DNA of 63,874 nt, filler included, from Octopus bimaculoides (lineage: Eukaryota): NCBI RefSeq assembly GCF_001194135.2. It is 6 parts of 5 records of this genome, joined end to end, with 100 filler letters (N's around TTAATTAATTAA, not from the genome) between each part and the next. Parts side by side here need not be neighbours in the genome. Positions count along the whole stretch, not along the records: positions 1 to 19,377 come from NC_068982.1; positions 19,478 to 29,075 come from NC_068986.1; 4 more parts are not named here. The stretch is one strand, 5' to 3'. Within the stretch, counting starts at the first letter, position 1. Each line of letters opens with the position of its first letter. The notes beneath the pieces were generated by a model. It was not told the DNA's origin, made no database searches, and saw only the letters and a program-made list of their open reading frames with translations. Shown here one piece after another: positions 12,190 to 24,185 of the stretch. The translations under genes and the position numbers were made by a program.

Positions 12190-15100
12190 GTTATTACTTG
12201 ATGCCATGTCAGTGCGTACTGATTTAGTTAGCAGGGAGTTTATCGTGAGATTTGGTGACTACAAGTCTCTATCATCCCTGGATTTTAGCAGAATATTTGG
12301 TAGTACATTTTTGCAGGTCGGCAATACGTGTTTTATTTTGAGTGTTGTGCCATGGGCACCAGTTACCAGAAAAAATAATTGTTGTCTTAGTGCTCTACAG
12401 TCTTTGACCTCTCTGACAAGATCCTGATATTTCTCAATTTTTTTCAATTTCTGTTTCATCGATTCTGTTATCATGGGCTATAGCAAAATTTATGATCTGA
12501 CACTGTTTGTTTTGTCCTCTATAATCATATTTGGTCTTCCTGCTTCGGTTGCATGGTCACAGTTTTCATGAAGAAGTTCCACAAGATACTATCATTTTCA
12601 TTTTCCATCGCATTTTGTCGTTCGTGTTCATACCAATTTTGTGTTATTTTGAAGCCATACACTCGCCTAACATCCCAAAGCACTTATTTGCCTACACACC
12701 CATGCCTGCGATTATACTTCTCTTGTGTTAGTACACTGCATTCACTCACAAGTTGATTGATTGATGCTTTCGCCTCCTTTCTTGCAGATTCTAGATTCGC
12801 TATGAGCCTTGTCGATCTTAGCCTTTATCAAATTTGTTCAAATGGTTTGTTTCTGAGCAGTTATAATTAGCGTTACGGTCTCTCGTTTCAAGTTTTCACC
12901 CGTCAATTGGAGCCAGTGCTCTTTACTTTAAACATTCACGGTTTGTTGCATGAATAGACCATATAATTCCATTTCTTTCCATCCGTTTGTTCTGTTTTTT
13001 TCCCTTTTTTTTTTCTCTTTGAATTCTCCTACTGTTTCGGCCGCGTTTTTTGTTTTCTCCTGCAGCCGTTAGTATTCTTTCAATACTCTGCAGAACGTAA
13101 TTTTTCAGATCCAGTATCGCAGTAATAACAGTGTCTTCTGTGTTTAGTAATCCTCTGCCACCTTCCTTTCTTGCCAGGTAGAATCAGTCAGAGTTGCTTT
13201 CAGGGTAAAATGTGCTGTGCATTGTGAGCAGCTTTCTGGTTCTTCTATCCAAATTCTGTGACCAGCCTTTTTCCTTTTCAGAAATATACAGGCATAGCGC
13301 ATGCATTTATGAGATTAATGATGTTCCCTTTTTTTCTTCTATTTTTCGAGCACCTTCCTAATTCTTCTCTTGTACATTTTACTGACATTCTATCTTATTT
13401 CTCCTCCCGTTATCCTATCGTCTTGCACCACTCCTAGATATTTGTACTCCTCAACATTCCACGGGAATATTTTGCTATAATATTATGCTATAATATTATG
13501 CCATCACATCAGAGTATACCTTCTGGTCTGTGTCCATAATTAGTACTACGCACTTATTAACCTAATGGCTTTACTGAATACTCTCACTGTTTCGGCCACA
13601 GAATCAATGGCAGTATCATTTTCGACGATTTATTTTCTTCTTAGCTTTAGTAAATTCATACACAGCCCTAGAGAGATTAACGCAATAACGAAGAGCAACG
13701 GAGAGAGCCTTGAGAATGCCTCTGCGAATTTTCCCATTCCCGAGCAATTCATTTGCACATGTCAATTCGACTTCCCGCTCTCTCATTATTTTTTCGAAAA
13801 CGTTTATCTTCCCATTCACCCCGAGCGCACTCAGGCGCTGCAAGAGCCACCTGAGTGGGACATTGTTATAGGCCTTTCTGTAATTTTTCCATCCAACAGC
13901 TAAATTCTTCTTTCTTACTTGTGTCTCGTGTTTTACTATTTATATATCTATATATAGCAGATTAGTAGTTCCCATTGAATTCTTTCTATATCCATGTTGT
14001 TCCTCTGGCAATAGATTCTCCTATTTCATGAATTTATACACCTCATCTTTTGTCCCAGTTTTGTTTGCAATAGTAATAGGAAACAAATAACAGGTCAATA
14101 ATTGCTGACTCTCTCTCACTCTCCTTTGACCTTCTGTATCCGATCCGTCCTCTTTCCTTTTGTCATTCTGCGTTTCATTTTCTTTGCAATCAGTAAACAC
14201 AGTCATTTATAACTGGATATGCTTCAGAGAATTTTTAGCCAGAAATCCTCGTCCTGGAGCTTTCCAGTTTGATATTTTCTTGTTAATCCCCTTTACAGTA
14301 TTATACGTGATTGTTACATTTCTTGTTACTCCATATTTCATTTCTCTTTTATATTCCCGTAACCAGTCTGCCTTCATATTATGTTAGACATGTTTGCGCC
14401 ACATTGCTACTCAGAAAGTTCTAGCTGTTTCAGCAACTAAAATATCATTTTTCTTATGCATCCTATAGTGTTCAATTGTTCATAGAATTTTCTTTCGTTC
14501 TTCTTTGAGTGTCTATTCTCCACGTACTGATTTGTTCTCAGTTCACATCTGTTTTTGGGGGAGGGTAACTTTTCTTTTGTTTCTTTTTTGTGTGTTTTTG
14601 TTTTTTCTACCCATTACTGCTTTGAAGTTTTTGTCTTAATTCTTTACCTGCAGACCTTCATGTTTTCTGCTGTCATTTCCAGTTCGTTCCTGTGTAGTTC
14701 GTTCATGTGTCTTTCCCTCACCATCTTTTCTCTGATTGCATGTATCAGTCCAACGTCTGTCTTGAGCTGTTCGATTTGGTTCTCAAGTCTTCGTTCCCAC
14801 CATGAGGTTTTGTCCTTTGTATTTCGTTGCCTTTTAACACAGCATCGAAGCTCTGCGTTATATAAGGTTGTTTAGATCAGTTATCTTTCGATGTAGATCA
14901 TCGTTAACAGTTCGTCCATCCACTTCACTTCTTTACTTAGCCTTCCTCTTTCAATTTCTCTCATAGCTGGTAGCCACTTTTTTGTTCCGTTATTTTGTAC
15001 CTCGTTCAGGTTTAGTAATAAGCTCCTTTCTTCCTTTGTAACGGTCTTTCTTCCACAAAATAAAATTTGCCATCATCCGGGCAGCTGTTTCTTTTGTGGG

Positions 15101-15600
15101 GCTTTATCCGCTCCTCTGCTAATGTTTGTTCTTGTTCCAGCTTGGATAGTAACTGCCTTTTAAAGATTAATTCTTTTTTAATTCTAGAAGTCATTGCTCC
15201 GTGATAGAGAACATGTCTTTCTCTGTCCAAATTTTATGCATTCGTTACTTGAATCTATTTTGGTAGACTTGCTTTTGTAATAGCATTCCATTACATTATT
15301 TTGTATCTGTTTTCTCCTAATATGTGTAGCAGCACTTGGAAAGCCGCCAGGCCTACGCCACAGTGGAACACTTCCCGTGCGAGAGGCTATCACTTGAGGT
15401 TCGGATCTCTTGAACGCAGATGTGATCATTTTCATTTAACATTAGACTCACAAAGGGAACTGTATTGGTGAGTTGCCACAACCACCAGTGTTTTTATCGA
15501 GACAAAATCTCTAGTTGGTTGTCAACCAAGACTAAAGAGACCATCTTCTTTCTGTAGTAGATTTGATCCCATGGACACGTTCCCTGCCGTTTTATTCTCG
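12190..15600 (-). mobile_element. Near full-length, inactivated R4/Dong-like non-LTR retrotransposon (single ORF: RT, CCHC, RLE)
   Basis: In order on minus: N-terminal VMECYYKSK; RT GKIRRGIL..SVA; FYPESNSD.FYLARKEGGRGLL; TNLIKAKIDK..CRICKK.GESIN; RP(N/D)MII.DK; EKYQDLVRE. Many stops and frameshifts. Confidence 0.9.
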
Positions 15601-15689
15601 GAGTATTCATTATTAGTATTATTGCCAATACTACAAACAATGAAACACGATTGCATAACAATTAACAATGAAAATATTGAAAACATAAG

Positions 15690-16085
15690 AACATTTGTTT
15701 AAGAATTTGTGTACCTTGGTACTCTTATAATCAATGATTACAATGAGACCCGTGAAATCAAGCGAAGACTCAGAGTAGCCAAGATTGTCATGGTATCACT
15801 GAACAGCACATGGAAGAAGAAGACCACGCCATAACGAACAAAAACATTCAATTCATTGATATTTAGCATAGTTACCAATCGATATAAATGCTTGATTATA
15901 ACGAAAATTCATAAAAGAAAATTTGAAGCATTTGAGGAATGATGCTTTAGACGCATTCTCAGAATAATATGGATGAATAAAAGGACTAATGAGTGGATCC
16001 TTTGCAAGATAAAGTGCTGAGAAAGACTGTTAAATACTATCTCGACCCGAAAATGGACCTTTACCGGCGTTATACTTAGAAGTTC
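15690..16085 (+). mobile_element. RTE-clade LINE fragment (C-terminal RT region)
   Basis: EFVYLGTLI...EIKRRLRVAK...LNSTWKK and KFEAFE..CFRRILRIIWMNKRTNEWIL, typical of RTE ORF C-termini. Confidence 0.75.
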
Positions 16086-16193
16086 CCTTGGTCGGCCCGA
16101 GGTTATAGTAGAAGACACTTGCCCAAGGTGCCACACAATGGGACTGTACCTGGAGCTATGTGGTTGGGAAGCAAGCGTTTTACCATAAATAAA

Positions 16194-16263
16194 TGCTGCA
16201 CTGAAGAGTTGAAATAAGTAAGTAAATATAACTTTACTTTAATCCCGAAACGCGTATGTAGCA
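16194..16263 (+). ncRNA. Minimal Type I hammerhead ribozyme motif (PLE type)
   Basis: Stem I UGCUGCA/UGUAGCA (7 bp, one GU), core CUGAAGA (16201-16207), GAAA (16247-16250), palindromic stem III ACGCGU and GUA cleavage triplet (cut after 16256). Stem II is imperfect. Confidence 0.6.
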
Positions 16264-16421
16264 ATCTGAATCGTGTGGGTTCGTTATTTTATTCTTTTTG
16301 CCTACGTAAAAAAGTGTGTTGCTATAGCAGAAAAGGAATTTTAACTCCTATTTCTAAATTCGGTGCGTGGTGAAGCAATTAGCTAATCCCTAATTATTAT
16401 TATGTTTATAATTATAGAATA

Positions 16422-16523
<102 letters not shown>

Positions 16524-16619
16524 AGCGGTAGGTGAGGAAGTGAGAGAGAGAGGGGGAGAGGAATGGAGAGAGATGAGAGGGCATTCTTCCTTGCTCTTCA
16601 TGTATCTATGAATAAACAC

Positions 16620-17040
16620 ACGAGCGAGTAAAATAGGGGAAGTGTGCTGTGAGCGAGTTGCACAGTAGTATTTCGTCTATCTTTACGTTCTTAGCTGAAT
16701 TGCAGCCGAGGTCGACTTTGCCTTTCATCTTCCGCTGATAGGTAAATTAATTACCAGTCAAATACTGAAATTACCTTTCCCTCAAAACTTGCTGGCCCGC
16801 TACCAAAATTATTACGTTGGCGGTGAACTTACATAATCAATAGGGTGTCGGACTAAATGCTTAGTGGCATTTCTTCCGACATTTTACTTTGAATTCAAAA
16901 TCTCACCGAGGTTAGATTTACATTTTGTGCTTTCGGAATCGGAAACGATAAAATATGTACCAGTTGAGCTTTGGAGATCGATGTAATAGACTTAACACGC
17001 CCCTAGAATTACTGGCCTTGTGTCAAAATTTGAAATCATT
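16620..17040 (+). mobile_element. Two tandem degraded SINE family A copies
   Basis: gtcgactttgcctttcat and tggcggtgaact...gaattcaaaatc...ggccttgtgtcaaaatttgaaa motifs. Confidence 0.7.
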
Positions 17041-17064
17041 ACTACTACTACTATGACTGCTGCT

Positions 17065-17101
<37 letters not shown>

Positions 17102-18209
17102 TGCTTTTGTTGTTGTTTTTGTTGGTGGTGGTGGTGTAGAAAACCATACGGAGCATATGATATTTTTGTCTTGTTTCATAACTAACTTAGTCGAGCTGAT
17201 TAATGATGTAAAACGTCCAACCGTGACGGCCGCGTCTTCATTATGAAGCATAAAGTATGCAGAAACTATATCTACTTAAGGACTCTTAAGCTGATATTTG
17301 AAGTAAATGTGAATAATAATTTCTGTAAATCAAAGGAGCACATCGATGTAACATCGGCACTGAATGCAACACGTGTTGCATTAACTGCAACAGCAGCAGC
17401 AGCAGTAGCAGTAGCAGCAACAACAGCAGTAGAGTTATAGTAGTATGGAGAGCTGTAAAAACAGCTCCAATGTTAGCAGCGGTATTAGTATTAATAGAAC
17501 AACTGAAGATGTTCCAAGATTAAACTTTTCGCAACGATCTTTTTCTATGATAAAGGCTTCCATTGTAAAGCTAGAATAAGAAGAAAAAATAGAAATAGAA
17601 ATAAACAAATCACAAAAGAAAAAAAAAAGAAACAAAGGAAAGAAAGTGGAAAATTGTGAAACAAAGAAAATCAAATGAGAAAAATTTTGCTGATATATTT
17701 ACACACATGAATACAAATACAATACCTCACACATTTATAACTGTATATACATATACATACTCAGAAATGCATACGCATATTTTCATATACACATGCATAT
17801 ATATATATATATANNNNNNNNNNNNNNNNNNNNNNNNNNNNNNNNNNNNNNNNNNNNNNNNNNNNNNNNNNNNNNNNNNNNNNNNNNNNNNNNNNNNNNN
17901 NNNNNNNNNNNNNNNNNNNNNNNNNNNNNNNNNNNNNNNNNNNNNNNNNNNNNNNNNNNNNNNNNNNNNNNNNNNNNNNNNNNNNNNNNNNNNNNNNNNN
18001 NNNNNNNNNNNNNNNNNNNNNNNNNNNNNNNNNNNNNNNNNNNNNNCGTGTGTGTGTGTGTGTGTGTGTTTGTGTGTAAAAGTCTGCGTGTATGTATATG
18101 AATATATATCCTTACTTAGGAAATGAGTAGACAAATATTAAGGTCGTGTATACAAATGGTAAAGAGCGAAATAATTCCATGCAAGAACATTCAGATTAGA
18201 ATACATACA

Positions 18210-18263
<54 letters not shown>

Positions 18264-18667
18264 CACTACTGTTGCTGCAGCTGCTGCTACTTTATTTGGA
18301 CAAGAGGTTTATTATATTTGTTTCTTTCTAATTCAGTACTTTACTGGTATATATATATATAGATATCTTACCCCACCTAACACTTCTGTCTGTAACGACG
18401 ATAATCCGAGAATTACTACAGCCTGATTTGAACTCATAATGTAACAGAACGTAAAATAACACAATGTTTTAAAATGAACTGAGGTACTCAAAGAGCTTAA
18501 TTAAGTATTTTAAAGCTGTTTTCTCTCTCTCTCTCTTTCTCTTTCTCTCCCACACTCTCCGATTATATACCGTAATCTTGCGCCTTAAATATTAACATTC
18601 ATTTCTAATTCGGGCACATACCAACAATATGTGGGGGTTTACAATGATAGTCACTACATGACTTAAT

Positions 18668-18885
18668 AATGGTTTCAAATTTTCCGACAAGAGCAGCAAT
18701 TTTGCGGGAGGAGGTGAGCGTATTACATCGACTCTAGTCTTCAACTGGTACTTATTTTATCGACCGCGAAAGGATGAGAGGAAAAGTCGACCTCGGCAGA
18801 ATTTGAACTCCGAACGCAAAGTCGGAAGAAATGCTGCTAAGCATTTTGCCCGGCTTATTAACGATTTTGCCAGTTCGCCGCCTTA
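18668..18885 (-). mobile_element. SINE family A
   Basis: Full-length reverse-complement match to the other copies. Confidence 0.85.
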
Positions 18886-18894
18886 AAAAAAATA

Positions 18895-19108
18895 TCTTTT
18901 TCTACTCTAGGCATAGGATCTGAAATTTTAGGGGAGGGGAGGCAATCGATTAGAGCGACTCAGTACGCAACCGGTACTTAATTTATCGACCCCGAAGGAT
19001 GAAAGGCAAAGTCGACCACGGCGGAATTTGAACTCAGAGAACGTAAAGACAGACGAAATACAGCGAAGCATTTCGCCCGGCGTGCTAACGATTCTGCCAG
19101 CTCACTTC
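18895..19108 (-). mobile_element. SINE family A
   Basis: Full-length reverse-complement match. Head-to-head with 19148-19365. Confidence 0.85.
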
Positions 19109-19147
19109 TTTTACCATAATAATAATAATAATATTAATGCTACTATT

Positions 19148-19365
19148 AAGGTGGCGAGCTGGCAAAATTGTTACCTTTCCGGAGAAAACGCTTAGAAGTA
19201 TTTCGTCCGTCTTTACGTCCTAAGTTCAGACGTTACCGGGTCGACTTTGACTTTCTTCCTTTCGGGGTTGATAAAAGAAGTACCAGTTCAACATTGGAGA
19301 CCATGTAATCGATTACCCTCCGCCTCCCCCGAAATTTTAGGCCTCCTACCAAAATGTTAAACCAT
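19148..19365 (+). mobile_element. SINE family A
   Basis: aaggtggcgagctggcaaaattgtta...gtcgactttgac...gaaattttaggcct. Confidence 0.8.
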
Positions 19366-19377
19366 TATTAGTGCTGC

Positions 19378-19477
19378 NNNNNNNNNNNNNNNNNNNNNNN
19401 NNNNNNNNNNNNNNNNNNNNNTTAATTAATTAANNNNNNNNNNNNNNNNNNNNNNNNNNNNNNNNNNNNNNNNNNNN
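19378..19477. other. Synthetic scaffold-join linker 44N-TTAATTAATTAA-44N
   Basis: The identical 100-bp cassette occurs five times. The 12-mer gives stops in all six frames. Confidence 0.95.
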
Positions 19478-19807
19478 AGAAATCCACATTTTCCACTTTT
19501 TCGTCCTGACCCTAACACTCTAGTGAAAATCGTGCTGGTGTTAATCTGAAAATTCAACAATCTCTTTTAAAACACTTTTACTTACTAACATTTTTTTATT
19601 TAGTGTGTGTGTGTGTGTGTGTTGCCCATATATATATATATACACTTAAGACTTAGTTGTGGGTTGGGACTTTCATCGGCAGAGGTCATTATTATTACGA
19701 CCATATATATACACACACAGAATGCACATTAATACACACATACATACAAATACCTATCATTCTTTTTTATTTAGTATGTGTGTGTGTGTGTGTGTGTGTT
19801 GCCCATT

Positions 19808-20060
19808 TTAATATATAATGCTGAAGTTCTGTATCTGTGTGAAGCCTTTTTCAAAGTTTATAGAAATCCACATTTTCCACTTTTTCGTCCTGACCCTAAC
19901 ACTCTAGTGAAAATCGTGCTGGTGTTAATCTGAAAATTCAACAATCTCTTTTAAAACACTTTTACTTACTAACATTTTTTTATTTAGTGTCTGTGTGTGT
20001 TGCCCATATATATATATACACTTAAGACTTAGTTGTGGGTTGGAGTTTGATCGGCAGACG

Positions 20061-20101
<41 letters not shown>

Positions 20102-20688
20102 TTAAATTTTTCCCACAAGGGCTGCTTCGGGGAGGTGGAGAATAGTCGATTATATCGACCCCTGTGTCCAACTGGACTTAGTTGTGGGTTGGGACTTTCA
20201 TCGGCAGAGGTCATTATTATTACGACCATATATATTTGGGTTAGGGTTTTAGGGTTAGGGTTAGGGTTACGATCAGGGTTAGTGTTATGGTTACGGTTTT
20301 AGGGTCAGGGTTAAGGTTTAAGGATTACGGTTACGTAATCGTGCAGGTATTAATCTGAAAAATTACCGAAATGTGAAAACTACCGACCCTGCCAACTGTT
20401 ATAACTTTTGTTGTTCTCTTTAATACGTACATAGATTATGCCTCCAAACAAGACAACTTGCTGGGGAAAGAAAGCAACCGATTTAAAAAGACAGCAACAG
20501 ACTGCATCAATTCAACACATTCCAGAAGCTACTTTGAACATAATGCAAAATGGTGCATCAACATCTACTGCCCAATCTGATACAATTCTGGCAGAACTGT
20601 GTAGCAACAGATCACATTTTCATCTAGCAAGATTTATTGTAGATGGCGTAATAAGTCACACCCGGACAACGTCGGGTTATACTGCTAG
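19808..20688 (+). mobile_element. Non-autonomous Helitron-like element
   Basis: 5' end tatataatgctgaagtt...tgtgtg. 3' end has a hairpin acccg-gacaacgt-cgggt (20660-20677) followed by CTAG (20685-20688) and T. Internal short ORF MPPNKTTCWGKK... is reminiscent of Helitron ORF starts. Confidence 0.65.
20237..20335 (+). repeat. Degenerate interstitial (TTAGGG)n tract
   Basis: ttagggttttagggttagggttagggttacgatcagggtt...; about 15 degenerate units. Confidence 0.85.
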
Positions 20689-20954
20689 TCATAGATAAAA
20701 GTCAACTTCGTTATATTTAAGCTCTTATTTTTTCTGCAAAAACCTATTCTGACATTAAATGAGACAACTTCCAGTACGAATGTTTACATTTTGTACGTCT
20801 TTATTCAACAACAAAAACTTCTAAAGAAATTCTGGAAACAATTTACTCATGGCATTTACGCATCCCTAAAGTTTATTTTAATTTTTGGTGCTCCAGCATG
20901 GCCACAGTCAAATGACTGAAACAAATATAAGAATAAAAGAAGATATGTTATTTT

Positions 20955-21320
20955 ATTCTTTTATTCTTTTACTTGTTTTTTTACTGTGGCCATGCTGAGG
21001 CACCGCCTTTAGTCGAATAAATCGACCCCAGGACTTATTCTTTGTAAGCCTAGTCTCATTTGCCAAACCGCTAAGTTACGGGGACGTAAATACACCAACA
21101 TCAGTTGTCAAGCAATGGCGAAGGGACAAGCACAGACACACAAATACGTATATATGTGTGTGTGAGGGACTTCTTTCAGTTTCCATCTACCAAATCCACT
21201 CATAAGTCTTTGGTCGGCCCGAGGCTATAGTAGAAGACACTTGCCCAAGGTGCCATGCAGTGGGACTGAATCCGGAACCATATGGTAGGGAAGCAAGCTT
21301 CTTACCCCTCAGCCACTCTA
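20955..21320 (-). mobile_element. SINE family B, full length
   Basis: Same modular structure as 9826-10224. Confidence 0.85.
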
Positions 21321-21485
21321 CATATAAAATAATAACAATAATATATATGCCGACAGACAGATAGATGAATAGATGTGTGTGTCTGTGTGTGTCTGTGTCT
21401 GTGTGTGTCTGTGTCTTTGCGTCTATGCTTGTGCTTGAAAGTAGCTTTTTTTTCAACTTAACTGTAACCTACATCATCAAAACGA

Positions 21486-21800
21486 GAAAGTTATGAGGAA
21501 ACAAATTGAGGTGTGTGGATCACCCGACATTCCTCTCTCCACTCCGAAAAAGTTTTCCACGACAAATTCAGATATAATTTTAAGGTACTTGCAGAAAATT
21601 TCATTAAAAAATGCCCATTTTTCTGAAAGTATTGAGGAAACAAATCCTCACATCCGCCCCCTCCAAAAAACCTTTTCACAACAAATCCCAATATAATTGT
21701 AATCTACACTATCTGAAACATATTTGAAGAAAATTTCTTTTAAAAAAAATCCCTTTTTCAGAAAGCTATGAGGAAACAAATTCAGTGAGAAATACTTTAG
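21486..21800. repeat. Degenerate ~137-bp tandem repeat (three anchor copies)
   Basis: gaaag(tta/tat/cta)tgaggaaacaaat at 21486, 21625 and 21761, with similar intervening sequence. Confidence 0.75.
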
Positions 21801-22299
21801 CTGAAAAATATGAGAAAAATGTTTGCATTTGGTACAATTGACATAAGTAAATCAAAACTACTTTTCTTATTCAGCTTTCTATTTTTCCAACAACATCTAA
21901 CAAATATGAAAGGGGATTCGAATCGACACAATGTGGCTGACATTGAATTAAATTTATAATTTGGATAATGTTTTTTTTCTGATATGTCTGTTAAAAAGAA
22001 GCAGTGCAAAGAATTGGGCAATCTTTTTGTTTCCAGAGGAAGTATTAAAATTGACGTTAAAAGGTACTATCTTGCAGTGTAAGATGAATATGTCGCAGAG
22101 AATAAAAGTTATTTTTGTGACTGAGTCGAGAAGTCAAAGTGTTTAATAACAAAAAAAATCTAAAAACCACATTTTGATAATAAAAAATATATTAAGCTGG
22201 AATTTATAAGAATTTTCTAGGTAGTGCAGACGTTAATAATTGCTTCCTTTTAGTAAAAGTCACACAATTCATGCTAATTTGTTTGCAGCTTTATAATAT

Positions 22300-22510
22300 A
22301 GATTATTTAGGTGATGAGTTAGCAGAATCTTTAACACGTCGGAAAAAATGCTTAGCTGCATTTTTTCAATTCTTTACTTTCTAAGTTCAAATCCTTTCAT
22401 CTTTTTAGATTCGATAAAATAAAGTACCATTCAAATACTGGGGTCGATGTAAATGACGAAGCTTCACCCTCTAAAATTTGCTGGTCTTGTGCCAATATTT
22501 GAAACAACCA
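22300..22510 (+). mobile_element. SINE family A, degraded
   Basis: aggtgatgagttagcagaatc...gggtcgatgtaa...ggtcttgtgcc. Confidence 0.75.
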
Positions 22511-22878
22511 CTATTATTATTAGAAGTAGTATAATATTGAATGTGTGATATAGTAAAAGATTAAGATTTTTTTTATTATGAAATTTTCTCTAAATTAATT
22601 AGACACTTTACAAGTATGAATTCATCAGAAGAAAAATTATGCACAGTACCAACAACGAGAATCGAATTACGCATCTGTTTTGTTGCAATCTGGTCAACTG
22701 TGTTACTCATTATACCAATGTGCCCTCAGGACTTTTCATCAACTCAAATTAGTACCTATAATGTGTCACTACACGAGCCATTAATCTATCTTGTTTCTCA
22801 TACGAGAGAATCATAGTTATTTTGTTTTACTTAACCTTAAGCTGGAGAGTTATCATTCCGTTTTTATTTTCATTATTC

Positions 22879-23798
22879 ATTAGGTTGTGAGATAAATTTA
22901 TTCGCTTCTTTCCAATGTCATTTGAATTAACACAAAAATATTTTTATCGTAGTATTTCATGGCTTCTTGTAACTCTGTTCTTCCTCTACAACTTTTGTTT
23001 ATCGTTTTTGAAATTTGAATAAATTTTATCTCTCTTCAGATATATGACAATGAAGTGCCAAGTAGAAAAACAAGCATTTTCGACGCCTGCAACTCTTCAC
23101 TTTTAGTCAAGTTTTCAAAGCTGCCAAAGTCACAGTAGCATATACGGAGAATGCACTATCACTGAAAGAACTGCACAGAGATGGTTTTCACGTTTCGAGG
23201 ATCGGAAGTTCAACCTCACAGACTCCCTGCATTCCGGCCAACAGGTTCAGTTCAATGAAGATCGATTGAATGAGTTCGTTCAACGAGGATCCGCATCAAT
23301 CCACTAGGGAATGGATCTAGCAAATGAGATGCTCTCATGATAACGTCGCCTATTATCTTCACTTGATTGGTAATTCAACTGAAACAACCTGACCAGCTAC
23401 ATGACGTGCTTCTTCAACAAGACAGCGCTCAACCTCACTTCTCTAATTTGGCCACAAATGCTATTCAAGAGCTCGGTTGCGAAGTTCTACCGCACCCACC
23501 GTATTCTCTTGATACAGTGCCTTCAGATGATCGTCTTTTTCGATCGCTCTATAAGTTTTCAGAGCATTTCGTTCAACAATGACGTGGAACTAAAAACGTG
23601 ACTTGATGGTTTCTTCGAGTCAAATCCCAATGATTTCTATTGACAAGGAATTGGCAAGCTCGTGGAGTGTTGGCATGAAGTCGTGAACAATGAAGGAGAA
23701 TGTATTATTGACGGATTTGTTAAAATCGTTTGTGACTAATAAGGAATAAAATAAATTGAAAAAAGCAAATGAACGAATTCATCTGGACAGTCCGGTAT
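22879..23798 (+). mobile_element. Internally deleted mariner transposon fossil
   Basis: HTH relic (TERTAQRWFSRF...DSLHSG...FNEDRLNE) joined to the C-terminal QQDSAQPH...LGCEVLPHPPYS.D..PSD.RLFRSL. The central DDD region is missing. Degenerate TIR-like ends near 22880 and 23770-23798. Confidence 0.85.
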
Positions 23799-24185
23799 AA
23801 TCTTACATATTTTTCACTTATACAATTCTCCATATCATTATTTTTGAAGTAACTGCAACATATCAATTCTTGTAAGAGATGATGTTGTAAATAGTTAAGA
23901 TGTTTGATTACAAAATAATATTTTAATTCAATTTGATTAGATATTTCCGAAGCACCAATCCAATACAGGAGAGATAGGTACAAAATCACTCGTGACATCG
24001 AAAACTACATCCATCTCTTCATCTAACCATCCATCTATCCATCCGTCCGTCCGTTCATCCATCCATTCATAAACACATGTATGCATGCATACATACATAC
24101 ATACCCTTAACGAGAACAGCCGCATATTTGGAGAGGGAAAGAATTTATAGAGTACACGATGAATAATCTTTAAAATTAATGCTAA

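Noticed and set aside
19422-19433. TTAATTAATTAA palindrome recurring five times (also 29120, 49610, 60041, 62497)
   Set aside because: It is always centred between exactly 44 N on each side, so it is a synthetic scaffolding linker, not biology. Adjacency across these joins is not sequence-verified.
20237-20335. True telomere or chromosome fusion site
   Set aside because: Short, degenerate, single orientation and inside a Helitron-like element.
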